DNA of 54,459 nucleotides from Oscillospiraceae bacterium (GCA_024697725.1 JAILFE010000199.1:1-54459), one strand, 5' to 3'; positions 1 through 8,848 are shown, numbered from the stretch's first letter. Notes: generated by a model from the letters alone, not told the origin. Program-made: numbers and translations.

Positions 1-824
1 GCGCGGATTATGACGGGATAAGCGAATGTGCGCTTTCCGTCCTTTATCCCGACTGACTTGAAATCGGGCACAGCGGTGAAATACTGCCATACCTTGCCTT
101 CAAGACCGTTCTTTGCAAATTCTTCGCGCAGTATCGCGTCGCTTTCGCGTACTGCCTCCAGACGGTCGCGTGTGATCGCTCCGAGGCAGCGCACACCGAG
201 TCCGGGACCGGGGAACGGCTGACGGTATACCATGTTGTCGGGAAGACCGAGAGCTTTTCCGACAACTCTTACCTCGTCCTTGAAAAGCAGCTTTATTGGC
301 TCTACAAGCTCAAATTTCAGGTCCTCGGGAAGACCGCCGACATTGTGATGAGCTTTTACGCCGTCGCTTTCAAGTATATCGGGATATATAGTACCCTGTG
401 CAAGGAACTTTATCCCGTCCTGCTTGCGGGCTTCTTCTTCAAACACCCTGATGAATTCTGCACCGATTATCTTTCTCTTGCGCTCCGGCTCGGCAACTCC
501 GGCGAGCTTGTCAAGGAAACGGTCGATCGCATCAACGTATACAAGGTTTGCTTTCATCTGATCGCGGAAGACAGCTACTACCTGTTCCGGCTCTCCCTTG
601 CGCAGAAGTCCATGATTTACATGGACACATACGAGCTGCTGTCCAACTGCCTTTATCAGAAGAGCTGCAACGACCGAGCTGTCAACGCCTCCCGAAAGCG
701 CGAGCAGTACTTTTTCCGAGCCTATCTGCGCTTTGAGTGCTTCGACCTGTTCACCTATAAATTTCTCGGCGAGGGCGGGGGTGGTGATTCTTTCCATGTT
801 TTCGGGTCTTGTGTTGCTGTTCAT
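1..824 (-). CDS. guaA: GMP synthase, ATP-pyrophosphatase (PP-loop) part only, with no glutamine amidotransferase domain; the C-terminus lies beyond the window start
   Basis: Absent from the supplied ORF track because there is no stop inside the window. Hand translation of the minus strand from ATG 824-822 gives [78 protein letters not shown]...[17 protein letters not shown]...[13 protein letters not shown]...[13 protein letters not shown]...[15 protein letters not shown], open to base 1. The SGGVDSS PP-loop, HHNVGGLP and PFPGPGL motifs are GuaA hallmarks. RBS AAAGGGG lies just upstream. Confidence 0.88.
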   Translation of the reverse strand, partial: MNSNTRPENMERITTPALAEKFIGEQVEALKAQIGSEKVLLALSGGVDSSVVAALLIKAVGQQLVCVHVNHGLLRKGEPEQVVAVFRDQMKANLVYVDAIDRFLDKLAGVAEPERKRKIIGAEFIRVFEEEARKQDGIKFLAQGTIYPDILESDGVKAHHNVGGLPEDLKFELVEPIKLLFKDEVRVVGKALGLPDNMVYRQPFPGPGLGVRCLGAITRDRLEAVRESDAILREEFAKNGLEGKVWQYFTAVPDFKSVGIKDGKRTFAYPVIIR

Positions 825-1010
825 TGGTTTTTTCCCCTTTCGTGATCAGAATGTTTTTGATCCGTATATGACCGCTTATGCAAAGCACATATCAGAACCT
901 TATCATGTAATTGAATAAACTACGAAGATACTCTGCTTTAAGCCGGTATATACGACATATGTCAGCAGCGAATTTCCCGGCAAAATCCGGCTCTGAACTG
1001 TGTTTCCTTA

Positions 1011-1039
1011 ATTATACAGCAGTTCCGATAACTTGTCAA
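1011..1039 (-). promoter_or_regulatory. sigma-A type promoter for guaA (TTGACA-17-TATAAT)
   Basis: The minus strand reads TTGACA (1039-1034), a 17-nt spacer, then TATAAT (1016-1011). This implies a leader of about 180 nt before the ATG at 824. Confidence 0.55.
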
Positions 1040-1270
1040 GCAATACAAGGACAATAATCCGAATGAGAAACATAAAGTTAACATATCCGACTTTAGAACC
1101 TTTCTTTGCAGTTGTGATCGGTATGGATCTGTATCCTGAATTGAGTTTTGATATGTTTCATAAAGCGGACAGGGAGCTCGGATGTTTTGCCAACAATTAT
1201 GCATAGGCGCAAAGCGGCGAATTTACGAATTGTATCGGTCATCCATATCCCGATCTTCTGTGGTTTCCGA

Positions 1271-1743
1271 TCATATTCTGTCAAGGAACCCGGGATTATT
1301 GGTTCTGCTGTAAAGAGTGTATTTCCGAAGGCTCGCTTCGATACTGTCTATCTTGCTTTTGCCGATATTATCAGTGTGTCTGAGTTCATCCGTGAGAAGC
1401 TTTATATTTGTTCCCATGATGTCGATCATATTTGTCATGTTTTTCATTATGAGTATCGCATCACGGGGATTTTTCTTTATGAATTCCTCGATATTGTCAG
1501 ACCCGATGCTCATAAGAAGCATATCTGTAACGGCAATAACAGTGTACGGCTCGCCCAGACCCGCAACAGGACCAAATGCTCCGAAGCATTGAAGCATTTC
1601 TGTTCAGCAAGTATGCCTATGAGATGCTCGTTCTTTTCACCGTGATTGATGAACACCGCAGCCTTCCCATATACTATCTTGTACATCTCATCCGATATAT
1701 CGCCCTGTTTTACGATTATATCGTCTTCCTTGAATTGCTTCAT
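1271..1743 (-). pseudogene. cyclic-nucleotide-binding (Crp/Fnr-type cNMP) domain protein whose frame is broken by an 8-bp tandem duplication
   Basis: Track ORFs 1510..1746(-) and 1271..1597(-) overlap in different frames. The N-terminal part is MKQFKEDDIIVKQGDISDEMYKIVYGKAAVFINHGEKNEHLIGILAEQKCF. The C-terminal part is GAFGPVAGLGEPYTVIAVTDMLLMSIGSDNIEEFIKKNPRDAILIMKNM.... Deleting one GAAGCATT copy joins them into one ORF of about 154 aa reading ...EQKCFGAFGP.... ATG 1743 has a weak GGTGA RBS. Confidence 0.7.
1583..1598 (-). repeat. perfect 8-bp tandem duplication GAAGCATT-GAAGCATT (plus-strand reading) inside the cNMP-binding gene
   Basis: Read directly from the sequence: 1583-1590 and 1591-1598 are both GAAGCATT. 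Confidence 0.95.
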
Positions 1744-1789
1744 CAAAGCCTATCACCATCCGATCTTATTCCGGATTATCTTCATTATG

Positions 1790-1818
1790 ATTATACTTCA
1801 AATCCATGAAAAAGTCAA
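1790..1818 (-). promoter_or_regulatory. sigma-A type promoter (TTGACT-17-TATAAT) for the cNMP-binding gene
   Basis: The minus strand has TTGACT at 1818-1813, a 17-nt spacer, and TATAAT at 1795-1790. It sits about 45 nt upstream of ATG 1743. Confidence 0.5.
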
Positions 1819-2014
1819 CCTTATGTTAAAACCACATTCTCCCCGAACCCCGCAAGGCTCATCAGGCTGACGACAAGGCTTTCATTCATGCTTATGGCTT
1901 CTGGAGTAAGATCAATACCGAGAGCGAGTGCGTTGCGGAGCTGATAAGGATGTATCAGAAGCAGACTGAGGGGAGAGCTTTTGCAGTATGACCGAACTTC
2001 TTTGAAAAAAGGTC

Positions 2015-2043
2015 TTGAAAGCTGATGAAAAATGGTGTATAAT
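2015..2043 (+). promoter_or_regulatory. sigma-A type promoter (TTGAAA-17-TATAAT) for the FtsA-like gene
   Basis: TTGAAA at 2015-2020, a 17-nt spacer, and TATAAT at 2038-2043, giving a leader of about 110 nt to ATG 2161. Confidence 0.5.
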
Positions 2044-2160
2044 AATAACCGCAGGTCGTATGTCATTCTGTGATGGAGCGTACCTGCTTGCTAAAATCCG
2101 ATGCTTTGTACATAAATGCCTTTTTTATGAAGTATACGGACTTGAAAACGGGGGATTATT

Positions 2161-4320
2161 ATGAATGTTGCCGGAAAACGTTCGGACAGCTCAAATACAG
2201 CCGATAAGGACTTCAGAAAGCAGACTGACAACGATATTTTCGCTCTTGATATAGGTACAAGAACAGTTATCGGTGTTCTCGGACATACCGATGATGATGT
2301 TTTCTTCGTTGATGATACAGTTACTGTCCCGCATAAGAGCCGTGCCATGACCGACGGACAGATCGAGGATATCGCCGAGGTGGCTCGTGTTGTCGGAAGA
2401 GTGAGATCGGAGCTTGAGGAACGCAATAAGATAAAGCTCGAAAATGTATCCGTGGCGGCAGCGGGACGTGCTCTCAGGACAGCGCGTGTACAGCATGAAG
2501 CAGATATAGAGGATAAGGGTCATATAAGCAGCGACGTAGTGCGCTCGATCGAGATGGAGGCAGTTGCCGAGGCACAGTCTTCGCTCAATGACGGCGCAGA
2601 GGGTAGTGAACTGACTTTCTACTGTGTCGGTCATACGGTCGTGAAATATCTGCTCGACGATTATCCTATAAAAAGCCTGACAGGACATAAGGGCAAAAAG
2701 GCATCTGCAGAGATAATCGCCGCTTTTCTGCCGAGTGCAGTCGTCGAGAGCCTTTATTCGGTCACAGATATGAATGGTCTGTCGGTGCGCAGTCTTACAC
2801 TCGAGCCTATAGCTGCGATGAATGTTATAATCCCGCCGGATGTGAGGCTGATAAATATAGCACTCGTTGATATCGGTGCAGGCACCTCGGATATCGCTGT
2901 CTCCCGTGACGGCAGCATAGTTGCATATGCAATGGCGACTGTTGCCGGAGATGAGATAACAGAGGATATCATCAGAAAATATCTTGTTGATTTTTCGACA
3001 GCCGAGGAAATGAAGCTTACCCGGAACTCCGATACGATAAAATTCACAAATATACTCGGGATAGAGCAGGAAATATCCGAGACGGAATTCTATGAGAGCA
3101 TTTTTCCCGCAGTGGATATGCTTGCCGATACGATATCCGAAGCGATACTCAATGCAAACGGCGATGCGCCTGCGGCGGTATTTCTTGTCGGAGGCGGCAG
3201 CAAGCTGCCCGATCTTTCTAAATATGTGGCAAAGAAGCTCGGTATGCCGGAAAACAGAGTCGCTGTCGGCAGCAATAAATTCATGAGAAACGTCAATACG
3301 GATAATATATCCGTAGGCGGCCCCGAATATGTAACGCCGATAGGTATCGGAGTTACTACAACGCTCAGTGAGGGATATGATTTTTCCATGGTGACCCTCA
3401 ACGGCGAAAAGATACGTGTATTCGACACCAACAAGATAACAGTCATAGATATCCTTCGCATAGCAGGATACCGCCCGAACCGTATACTCGGTCACTCGGG
3501 GCGCAGCCTTACATATATGCTCAACGGCGAACGCAAGATAATGAGCGGTACGCTTGCCGAACCTGCCGAGATCACTCTCAACGGCGTGGCTGTTGCACTC
3601 GATGCGCCTGTCCGTCAGGGCGACAAGCTCACATTCAAGGAGGCTGTTGACGGTATCAATGCCGAATGCAGGATATCCGATATCGCGGGCGATGTTTCCG
3701 AGCACAAAGTCACGGTCGACGGTACGGAGTTCCGTTTCGGCACTATAGCCTATGTCAACGGCAAGCACGTTACCGGCGATTATAAGATACAGAATTACGA
3801 TGATATATCTGTTTCTACGATAGATACTCTTACCGATCTTATCATGTCTCTCCCGTTCGATACGACCGGAATGATATTCATGAAGGACGGCAAGCGGCTG
3901 CGCCCGGATTATTATCTTGTAAACGGCGATGAGATAATCTCAGCTGACAGACCGCTTCCTGAGAATACTCATAATATAGCGCGTCAGATCGCGGAAAAAG
4001 CATCAGCGTCCGAAAAGGAGCAGCCCGTCAGTGAGCCTGTGAAGACAGCCGAGACGGCAGCTCCCCCTGTGAACGGGGAAACACCTTCACAGGAGGATGC
4101 TCCGGGAGCGCAGATAACCGTAACGCTCAACGGCAGGATGATAACTCTCCCCGAGCAGAAAACTCCTCATGAATTTCTTGAACTTACTGCTCTTGCTAAT
4201 CTTGACACCAAAAATCCGCCTGCGGGAAAGAGAATGATACTCACCCTCAACGGCAAGGAGGCCGGGTTTATGGATCGTCTGAATGCGGGCGATGAAATAA
4301 TCATCAAGTGGGAAGACTGA
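2161..4320 (+). CDS. actin-fold (FtsA/PilM/EutJ-like, ASKHA) ATPase with a C-terminal array of ThiS/MoaD-like beta-grasp repeats
   Basis: 719-aa ORF with RBS GGGGA 5-6 nt upstream. Actin-fold phosphate and adenosine motifs are present: FALDIGTRTVIGV, ALVDIGAGTSDIAV and VFLVGGGSKLP. Residues ~408-719 carry recurring xTLNG...GD(E/K)(I/L) units. Confidence 0.7.
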   Translation: MNVAGKRSDSSNTADKDFRKQTDNDIFALDIGTRTVIGVLGHTDDDVFFVDDTVTVPHKSRAMTDGQIEDIAEVARVVGRVRSELEERNKIKLENVSVAAAGRALRTARVQHEADIEDKGHISSDVVRSIEMEAVAEAQSSLNDGAEGSELTFYCVGHTVVKYLLDDYPIKSLTGHKGKKASAEIIAAFLPSAVVESLYSVTDMNGLSVRSLTLEPIAAMNVIIPPDVRLINIALVDIGAGTSDIAVSRDGSIVAYAMATVAGDEITEDIIRKYLVDFSTAEEMKLTRNSDTIKFTNILGIEQEISETEFYESIFPAVDMLADTISEAILNANGDAPAAVFLVGGGSKLPDLSKYVAKKLGMPENRVAVGSNKFMRNVNTDNISVGGPEYVTPIGIGVTTTLSEGYDFSMVTLNGEKIRVFDTNKITVIDILRIAGYRPNRILGHSGRSLTYMLNGERKIMSGTLAEPAEITLNGVAVALDAPVRQGDKLTFKEAVDGINAECRISDIAGDVSEHKVTVDGTEFRFGTIAYVNGKHVTGDYKIQNYDDISVSTIDTLTDLIMSLPFDTTGMIFMKDGKRLRPDYYLVNGDEIISADRPLPENTHNIARQIAEKASASEKEQPVSEPVKTAETAAPPVNGETPSQEDAPGAQITVTLNGRMITLPEQKTPHEFLELTALANLDTKNPPAGKRMILTLNGKEAGFMDRLNAGDEIIIKWED

Positions 4321-4344
4321 TATACACTATACGGCACTGTCGCA

Positions 4345-5922
4345 TCATCTTCCGAGAAGAGTGACATTGTCGGCTATCTCCCTGAATATCGGAGCACAGC
4401 TTACATTCCCCGAAACGCCGTCCTCCGCGATTATGACAACGGCATAGCGAGGTCTTTCAAACGGAAAGAAACCCGCAAACCAGCAGTCCAGCTTCTCGCT
4501 GCCGTTTTCGTGAAAAGTGCCTGTCTGAGCAGTCGATGTCTTGCCTCCGCCTGTTGTATGCGACGGTATTCCGAGAGAACTTTCCTTCATGAGCGTGTCA
4601 TGCATAAAGCTGCGCAGCTTCTCCGATGTTTTGACGGAAAAGATGGTCTTGCTGTTCGTTTTTCTCTTCGGGATATCGTTCATGCCGGACGTTATTCCGG
4701 TCACAAGGCAGGGCTGCGGCATTTCTCCGCCGTTTGCCGCGGCGCAGATAAAGCTGCATACCTGTACCGGAGTTGCGGTGAGCATTCCCTGACCGAAGCA
4801 GAGATTGGCTTTTTCGGCGGGAATTGCAATATCCGATATATCCGGTACATTGCCGTCCGAGCTGATCAAGCCGCCGAGATCGCTGCTCTCTCCGAACCCG
4901 CAGCATTTTATAAAAGCTATCAGACGGTCGTTCGGGATATTCCTTCCGAGACTTATGAAATAAGGATTGCAGCTCTCTATCATTGCCTGACGCATATCGA
5001 GCTTCCCGTGACCGCTCCACAGGTGACAGTTGAAACGCTTTCCGCAGATATCGGTATATCCTCTGCAATTATATGTGTAATCCTCGGATATCCCGCCTTC
5101 GAGCGCCGCCGCCGCGATCACGAGCTTGAAAACAGACCCGGTGCTGTATGCCGAGAATGCTCTGTTCACGAATGGCGCTGTGCTGTCGTTCAGGGATGCT
5201 TCTATATAGTTTATATCATAGCAGGGTCTGCTCACCGAGGCGAGGATATCTCCGCTTGCAACGTCCATTATGACAGCAGCGCCGCACTGTATCCCCGACA
5301 TTGCTCTTTCGCATATCCTCTGGATATCGGTATCGAGCGTGGTCACGACACCGGCAGTGTTTTCTTCGGTCTTTACCGTCCTTGCGGCTATGCCGTCGAG
5401 CGTATCTCCGAGAGCATTGACACTGAATGTCATGCTTTCTTCAGATGTGCTTGTACGCAGAAGATCATCATATGCTCCTTCTATCCCGCATACCCCTTTT
5501 CCACCTGATGTGTAGCCTATGACGTGAAGAGCGGGCTGATCGTCGGAATAGCGCTGCTTGACTTTGATGACCGGATTTGATTCGTCCTCGGGATAGGTGT
5601 TGTCTACTCTGCACAGGAACGGTATATATCCCGACATACCTGAACGGAAACGTTCCTTGTCGAGGATATGACTGAAAGTCTTCGTGAGATCGCAGCTGCC
5701 CGGATCTATCAGTGCATAGCTGATATCGCTGCGGTTCACGAGCGGTCTCATGTTCCTGTCATAGATATATCCGTAGTTGGTTATCTTTTTTACGGTGTAG
5801 GTCCCTGATTGTGATGCTGCAGTTATGACCCGGCTGTCGTTTATTATTTTTATCAGATGCATTGACGCCGCAGCATATAAAAGCATTAACACAGCTGCAA
5901 AAATATATATTCTTCTTCGCAT
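4345..5922 (-). CDS. class B penicillin-binding protein (PBP2/FtsI/SpoVD-type transpeptidase, no PASTA domains)
   Basis: 525 aa with an N-terminal TM (IYIFAAVLMLLYAAA). Motifs are SxxK (STGSVFK), SxN (ESCN) and a KTG-like motif present as KTSTAQTG. RBS GGAGGTG lies upstream of ATG 5922. Confidence 0.85.
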   Translation of the reverse strand: MRRRIYIFAAVLMLLYAAASMHLIKIINDSRVITAASQSGTYTVKKITNYGYIYDRNMRPLVNRSDISYALIDPGSCDLTKTFSHILDKERFRSGMSGYIPFLCRVDNTYPEDESNPVIKVKQRYSDDQPALHVIGYTSGGKGVCGIEGAYDDLLRTSTSEESMTFSVNALGDTLDGIAARTVKTEENTAGVVTTLDTDIQRICERAMSGIQCGAAVIMDVASGDILASVSRPCYDINYIEASLNDSTAPFVNRAFSAYSTGSVFKLVIAAAALEGGISEDYTYNCRGYTDICGKRFNCHLWSGHGKLDMRQAMIESCNPYFISLGRNIPNDRLIAFIKCCGFGESSDLGGLISSDGNVPDISDIAIPAEKANLCFGQGMLTATPVQVCSFICAAANGGEMPQPCLVTGITSGMNDIPKRKTNSKTIFSVKTSEKLRSFMHDTLMKESSLGIPSHTTGGGKTSTAQTGTFHENGSEKLDCWFAGFFPFERPRYAVVIIAEDGVSGNVSCAPIFREIADNVTLLGR

Positions 5923-6027
5923 ATGCGGACACCTCCTATATATAGTGTCTGCCGCAAATTCGTTATTATACTAATGTCCGGAAAATATCCCAAAAGATAA
6001 AAAACAGCAAAAGAAAAGGTGAACAGA

Positions 6028-7053
6028 ATGAATATTGATCTGAAGGAATGCCCGCCGTATCTGCGGGGGTTTATAACATATCTGCGTGCTGTCAGAGGGC
6101 GCTCGGAAAGGACGGTAGAGGCGTATTATTCCGACCTTCGGACGTATCTCCGCTTTCTGAAATGGACGACACAGGATATCCCCGACGGCACAGCGCTAAG
6201 TGAGATAGATATAAAGGATCTGCCGTTTGAAACAGTAAAGAATGTTACTATGGGCGGTATATACGAATATATCAATTATCTTGCCGAGGACAGCGGCAAC
6301 AACGAACGGACGCGCTGCCGCAAGCTCTCAGCGATGCGCAGCTTCTATAAGGCGCTTCACAGAGACAAGATAGAGGGTTATCATATCGACAAAAATCCGA
6401 TGGAGAATATAGATTCCCCGTCACTGCGAAAAACCAAGCCCAAATATCTCGATCTTGAGAGCAGCCGCAGACTGCTTGAAAATATACCCAACGATTCATC
6501 GGATGATTATATACGCGATTATTGCATAATAACTCTATTCATTAACTGCGGGATGCGTCTTTCGGAACTTGTCGGGCTCAATATCAATGATATCAGCTTC
6601 AGCGACAGCACTATGCGTCTGCTCGGAAAGGGCAACAAGGAGAGGATAATCCATATCAACAAGGCGTGTACCGCAGTGCTGAAGGATTATCTTGATGTCC
6701 GTCCCGAATCCGATATTGATCCTAATGCTCTTTTTATAAGCAAAAAAAAGCGCAGGATCAGCAGACGGCGCGTCGAACAGATAGTCGAAAACTGCCTGAG
6801 ATCAAGCAGCCTCGAAAACAGGGGGATCTCAACGCACAAGCTGAGGCATACTGCTGCTACGCTCATGTATCAGTACGGCAATGTCGATACTCTTGTACTG
6901 AAAGAGATACTCGGTCATGCGAGCACCGCCACTACCGAGATATATACTCATCTTGCAAATGAAAACGTCCGCAAGGCACTTGATTCAAATCCTCTTGCGG
7001 ACGAGACCCCGAGGCATACCCCTCGTGGGAAGGACAGACCGGGAAAGGAATGA
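6028..7053 (+). CDS. tyrosine recombinase, XerC/XerD family
   Basis: Catalytic signature present: GMRLSEL (Arg), GKGNKER (Lys), HKLRHTAAT (His-x-x-Arg) and LGHASTATTEIYTH (His...Tyr). The track ORF starts at GTG 6019, but ATG 6028 is better spaced from the AGGTG RBS. Confidence 0.85.
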   Translation: MNIDLKECPPYLRGFITYLRAVRGRSERTVEAYYSDLRTYLRFLKWTTQDIPDGTALSEIDIKDLPFETVKNVTMGGIYEYINYLAEDSGNNERTRCRKLSAMRSFYKALHRDKIEGYHIDKNPMENIDSPSLRKTKPKYLDLESSRRLLENIPNDSSDDYIRDYCIITLFINCGMRLSELVGLNINDISFSDSTMRLLGKGNKERIIHINKACTAVLKDYLDVRPESDIDPNALFISKKKRRISRRRVEQIVENCLRSSSLENRGISTHKLRHTAATLMYQYGNVDTLVLKEILGHASTATTEIYTHLANENVRKALDSNPLADETPRHTPRGKDRPGKE

Positions 7054-7057
7054 TAAC

Positions 7058-8848
7058 ATGGCTCTTGACGGAGCATTTTTGCATATAATCAGAAAGGAGC
7101 TGGCAGAACTTGTAGGCAGCAGGATAGAAAAAATATATCAGCCGTCAAAGGATGAACTGATGATAGGTCTGCGCACAAGAACAGGCGCTGTCAAGCTGTA
7201 TATATCAGCATCGGCATCGTCTGCGAGAGTGAATCTCACAGACAGGACCGTTGACAATCCGATGAAGCCGCCGATGTTCTGTATGCTTATGAGAAAGCGT
7301 CTCGGCAGCGGCAGACTTGCAGCTGTACGGCAGGACGGGCTCGAAAGGATACTTTTCCTCGATTTTGAAACGGTGAACGAGCTCGGCGACAATGTGACGG
7401 TCACTCTTGCCTGCGAGATAATGGGACATTATTCAAATATCATCGCTGTGGATGAGAACGGAAGGATCATAGATGCGATAAAACGTGTCGGCGCCGATCT
7501 TTCCGGAAAAAGGGTCATACTACCGGGGATAGAATACGAAATGCCGCCAAGACCCGAAAGGCTCAATATCCTTGAATGCTCGCGTGAGGATATCATATCC
7601 GCTTTTGAAAAGAAAAAGGAAGAAGGGGATATGCTTCTTTCAAAGGCAGTCATCGGCATCTTTGAGGGGATATCTCCGCTCGTTGCCCGTGAATGGGTAT
7701 TCAGGGCAGACGGTGACGGCAGCTCTGCTCTGCTCTCGGCGGATGATGATACGATATCGAAGCTCATAGATATCATCAGCTGGACGCGGGATGATATTAA
7801 CAAGAAAAGCCATGATTTTGTCGTGCTTCAGGACGGCGAGGGTATGTTGAAAGATTTCTGCTTTACCGATATAAATCAGTACGGCAGCCTGATGAATGTA
7901 AGACATATGCCGTCTGCGGGAAAGACCCTCGATCTGTTTTACAGCGAGCGTGACAGCTTTGCACGTATGAAACAGCGTGCCGGCGATATGTACAAGCTGC
8001 TCAAAAATCTGACAGACAGGATATCGCGCCGCCTTTCGGTTCAGCGCGGTGAGCTTGACACATCCGAGAACAAGGAGATCTATAAGCTCAAGGGCGATCT
8101 GCTCTCTGCGAATATGTACCGCCTTGAAAAGGGCATGGGGAGCATCGAGCTTGAAAACTTCTATGATGAAAACGGCGGTACTATCCGCATCGAGCTTGAC
8201 AAAAGGCTCACTCCCTCACAGAATATGCAGAGATACTATTCAATGTACAGAAAAGCCGATACCGCTGTCCGTATACTCACAGAGCAGATAACAGCGGGTG
8301 AGGAAGAGCTTGCCTATGTTGAAAGCGTATCCGACGCACTTTCGAGAGCACAGGGCGAGGACGAGATAAACGAGCTGCGCACTGAGCTTATCGGACAGGG
8401 ATATATCGGCAGTTCGTCGGGAAAGGGAAAGAACAAGGCCGTCAAAGCACGTCCGCCGGTATATTTCACATCTCCGGACGGATACAGGATAGCTGTCGGC
8501 AGGAACAATATCCAGAACGATATACTCACGCTGAAGACAGCCGAAAAGACCGATATATGGCTGCATACCAAAGATATACCCGGTTCGCACGTTATAATAT
8601 TCACCGAAAAGACTGCACCGCCCGACAGCACGATAATGTTTGCCGCCCGCCTCGCGGCATATCACAGCAAGGCGGCTGCATCCTCGCAGGTCCCTGTGGA
8701 TTATGTGCCGGTAAAGCTCGTCAGAAAGCCGTCCGGAGCAAAGCCCGGAAAGGTGATATTCACCGGAAACAGGACACTCTATGTAAAACCGTTCGATGCC
8801 GAAGAGATCGGCGCGATGCTCGAAGCTGCGGACAGCGCGAAGAAATGA
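7058..8848 (+). CDS. rqcH: ribosome quality control protein RqcH (NFACT / fibronectin-binding protein A family)
   Basis: The N-terminus MALDGAFLHIIRKELAELVGSRIEKIYQPSKDELMIGLR is typical of NFACT-N. A coiled-coil middle is followed by a C-terminal DIWLHTKDIPGSHVII (NFACT-R). The track ORF 6917.. is over-extended; ATG 7058 follows RBS GGGAAAGGA. Confidence 0.85.
   Translation: MALDGAFLHIIRKELAELVGSRIEKIYQPSKDELMIGLRTRTGAVKLYISASASSARVNLTDRTVDNPMKPPMFCMLMRKRLGSGRLAAVRQDGLERILFLDFETVNELGDNVTVTLACEIMGHYSNIIAVDENGRIIDAIKRVGADLSGKRVILPGIEYEMPPRPERLNILECSREDIISAFEKKKEEGDMLLSKAVIGIFEGISPLVAREWVFRADGDGSSALLSADDDTISKLIDIISWTRDDINKKSHDFVVLQDGEGMLKDFCFTDINQYGSLMNVRHMPSAGKTLDLFYSERDSFARMKQRAGDMYKLLKNLTDRISRRLSVQRGELDTSENKEIYKLKGDLLSANMYRLEKGMGSIELENFYDENGGTIRIELDKRLTPSQNMQRYYSMYRKADTAVRILTEQITAGEEELAYVESVSDALSRAQGEDEINELRTELIGQGYIGSSSGKGKNKAVKARPPVYFTSPDGYRIAVGRNNIQNDILTLKTAEKTDIWLHTKDIPGSHVIIFTEKTAPPDSTIMFAARLAAYHSKAAASSQVPVDYVPVKLVRKPSGAKPGKVIFTGNRTLYVKPFDAEEIGAMLEAADSAKK

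Noticed and set aside
345-845. 166-aa plus-strand ORF at the left edge (plus 548..736 and 733..918)
   Set aside because: The opposite strand encodes an unmistakable GuaA PP-loop domain across the same bases. The plus-strand products have no motifs.
825-1010. Guanine/adenine riboswitch in the guaA leader
   Set aside because: I looked for the conserved purine-riboswitch core on the minus strand and did not find it. I report only an unexplained long leader, not a riboswitch.
1821-2066. 81-aa minus-strand ORF between the divergent promoters
   Set aside because: It has no RBS and no recognisable motif, and it overlaps the predicted promoter of the FtsA-like gene. It is probably non-coding.
2191-3768. 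525-aa ORF on the minus strand, antisense to the FtsA-like gene
   Set aside because: - It is codon-aligned antisense to a well-supported gene.
- Its composition is odd (rich in C, R, Y, I and H).
- It has no RBS and no recognisable motif.
- Such long shadow ORFs recur opposite many genes here: 4510..5508, 9329..10237, 10262..11146, 39404..40534 and 40943..41827. They are explained by the host genes avoiding TTA, CTA and TCA codons.
5925-5960. dif-like site (CCTCCTATATATAGTGTCTGCC) next to the Xer recombinase gene
   Set aside because: Only a TATATA centre is present. The right arm does not resemble the TTATGTAAACT-type XerD arm, and the left part is simply the RBS of the PBP gene on the other strand.
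6028-7053. Recombinase as part of a mobile element or prophage
   Set aside because: There are no flanking direct or inverted repeats, no tRNA target, no phage or transposon genes and no compositional break. It is tightly coupled to rqcH, so I treat it as a chromosomal Xer-family gene.
6917-7057. 5' extensions of track ORFs: 6917 for rqcH, 26095 and 24846 for the M16 genes, 27431 for lgt, 28491 for folD, 44651 for the flippase, 48279 for the LacI regulator, 51006 for the permease, and 38924 for the NodB-like gene
   Set aside because: The extensions overlap the upstream gene or lack an RBS. In each case an internal ATG, GTG or TTG with a well-spaced GGAGG-like RBS begins the conserved N-terminus.
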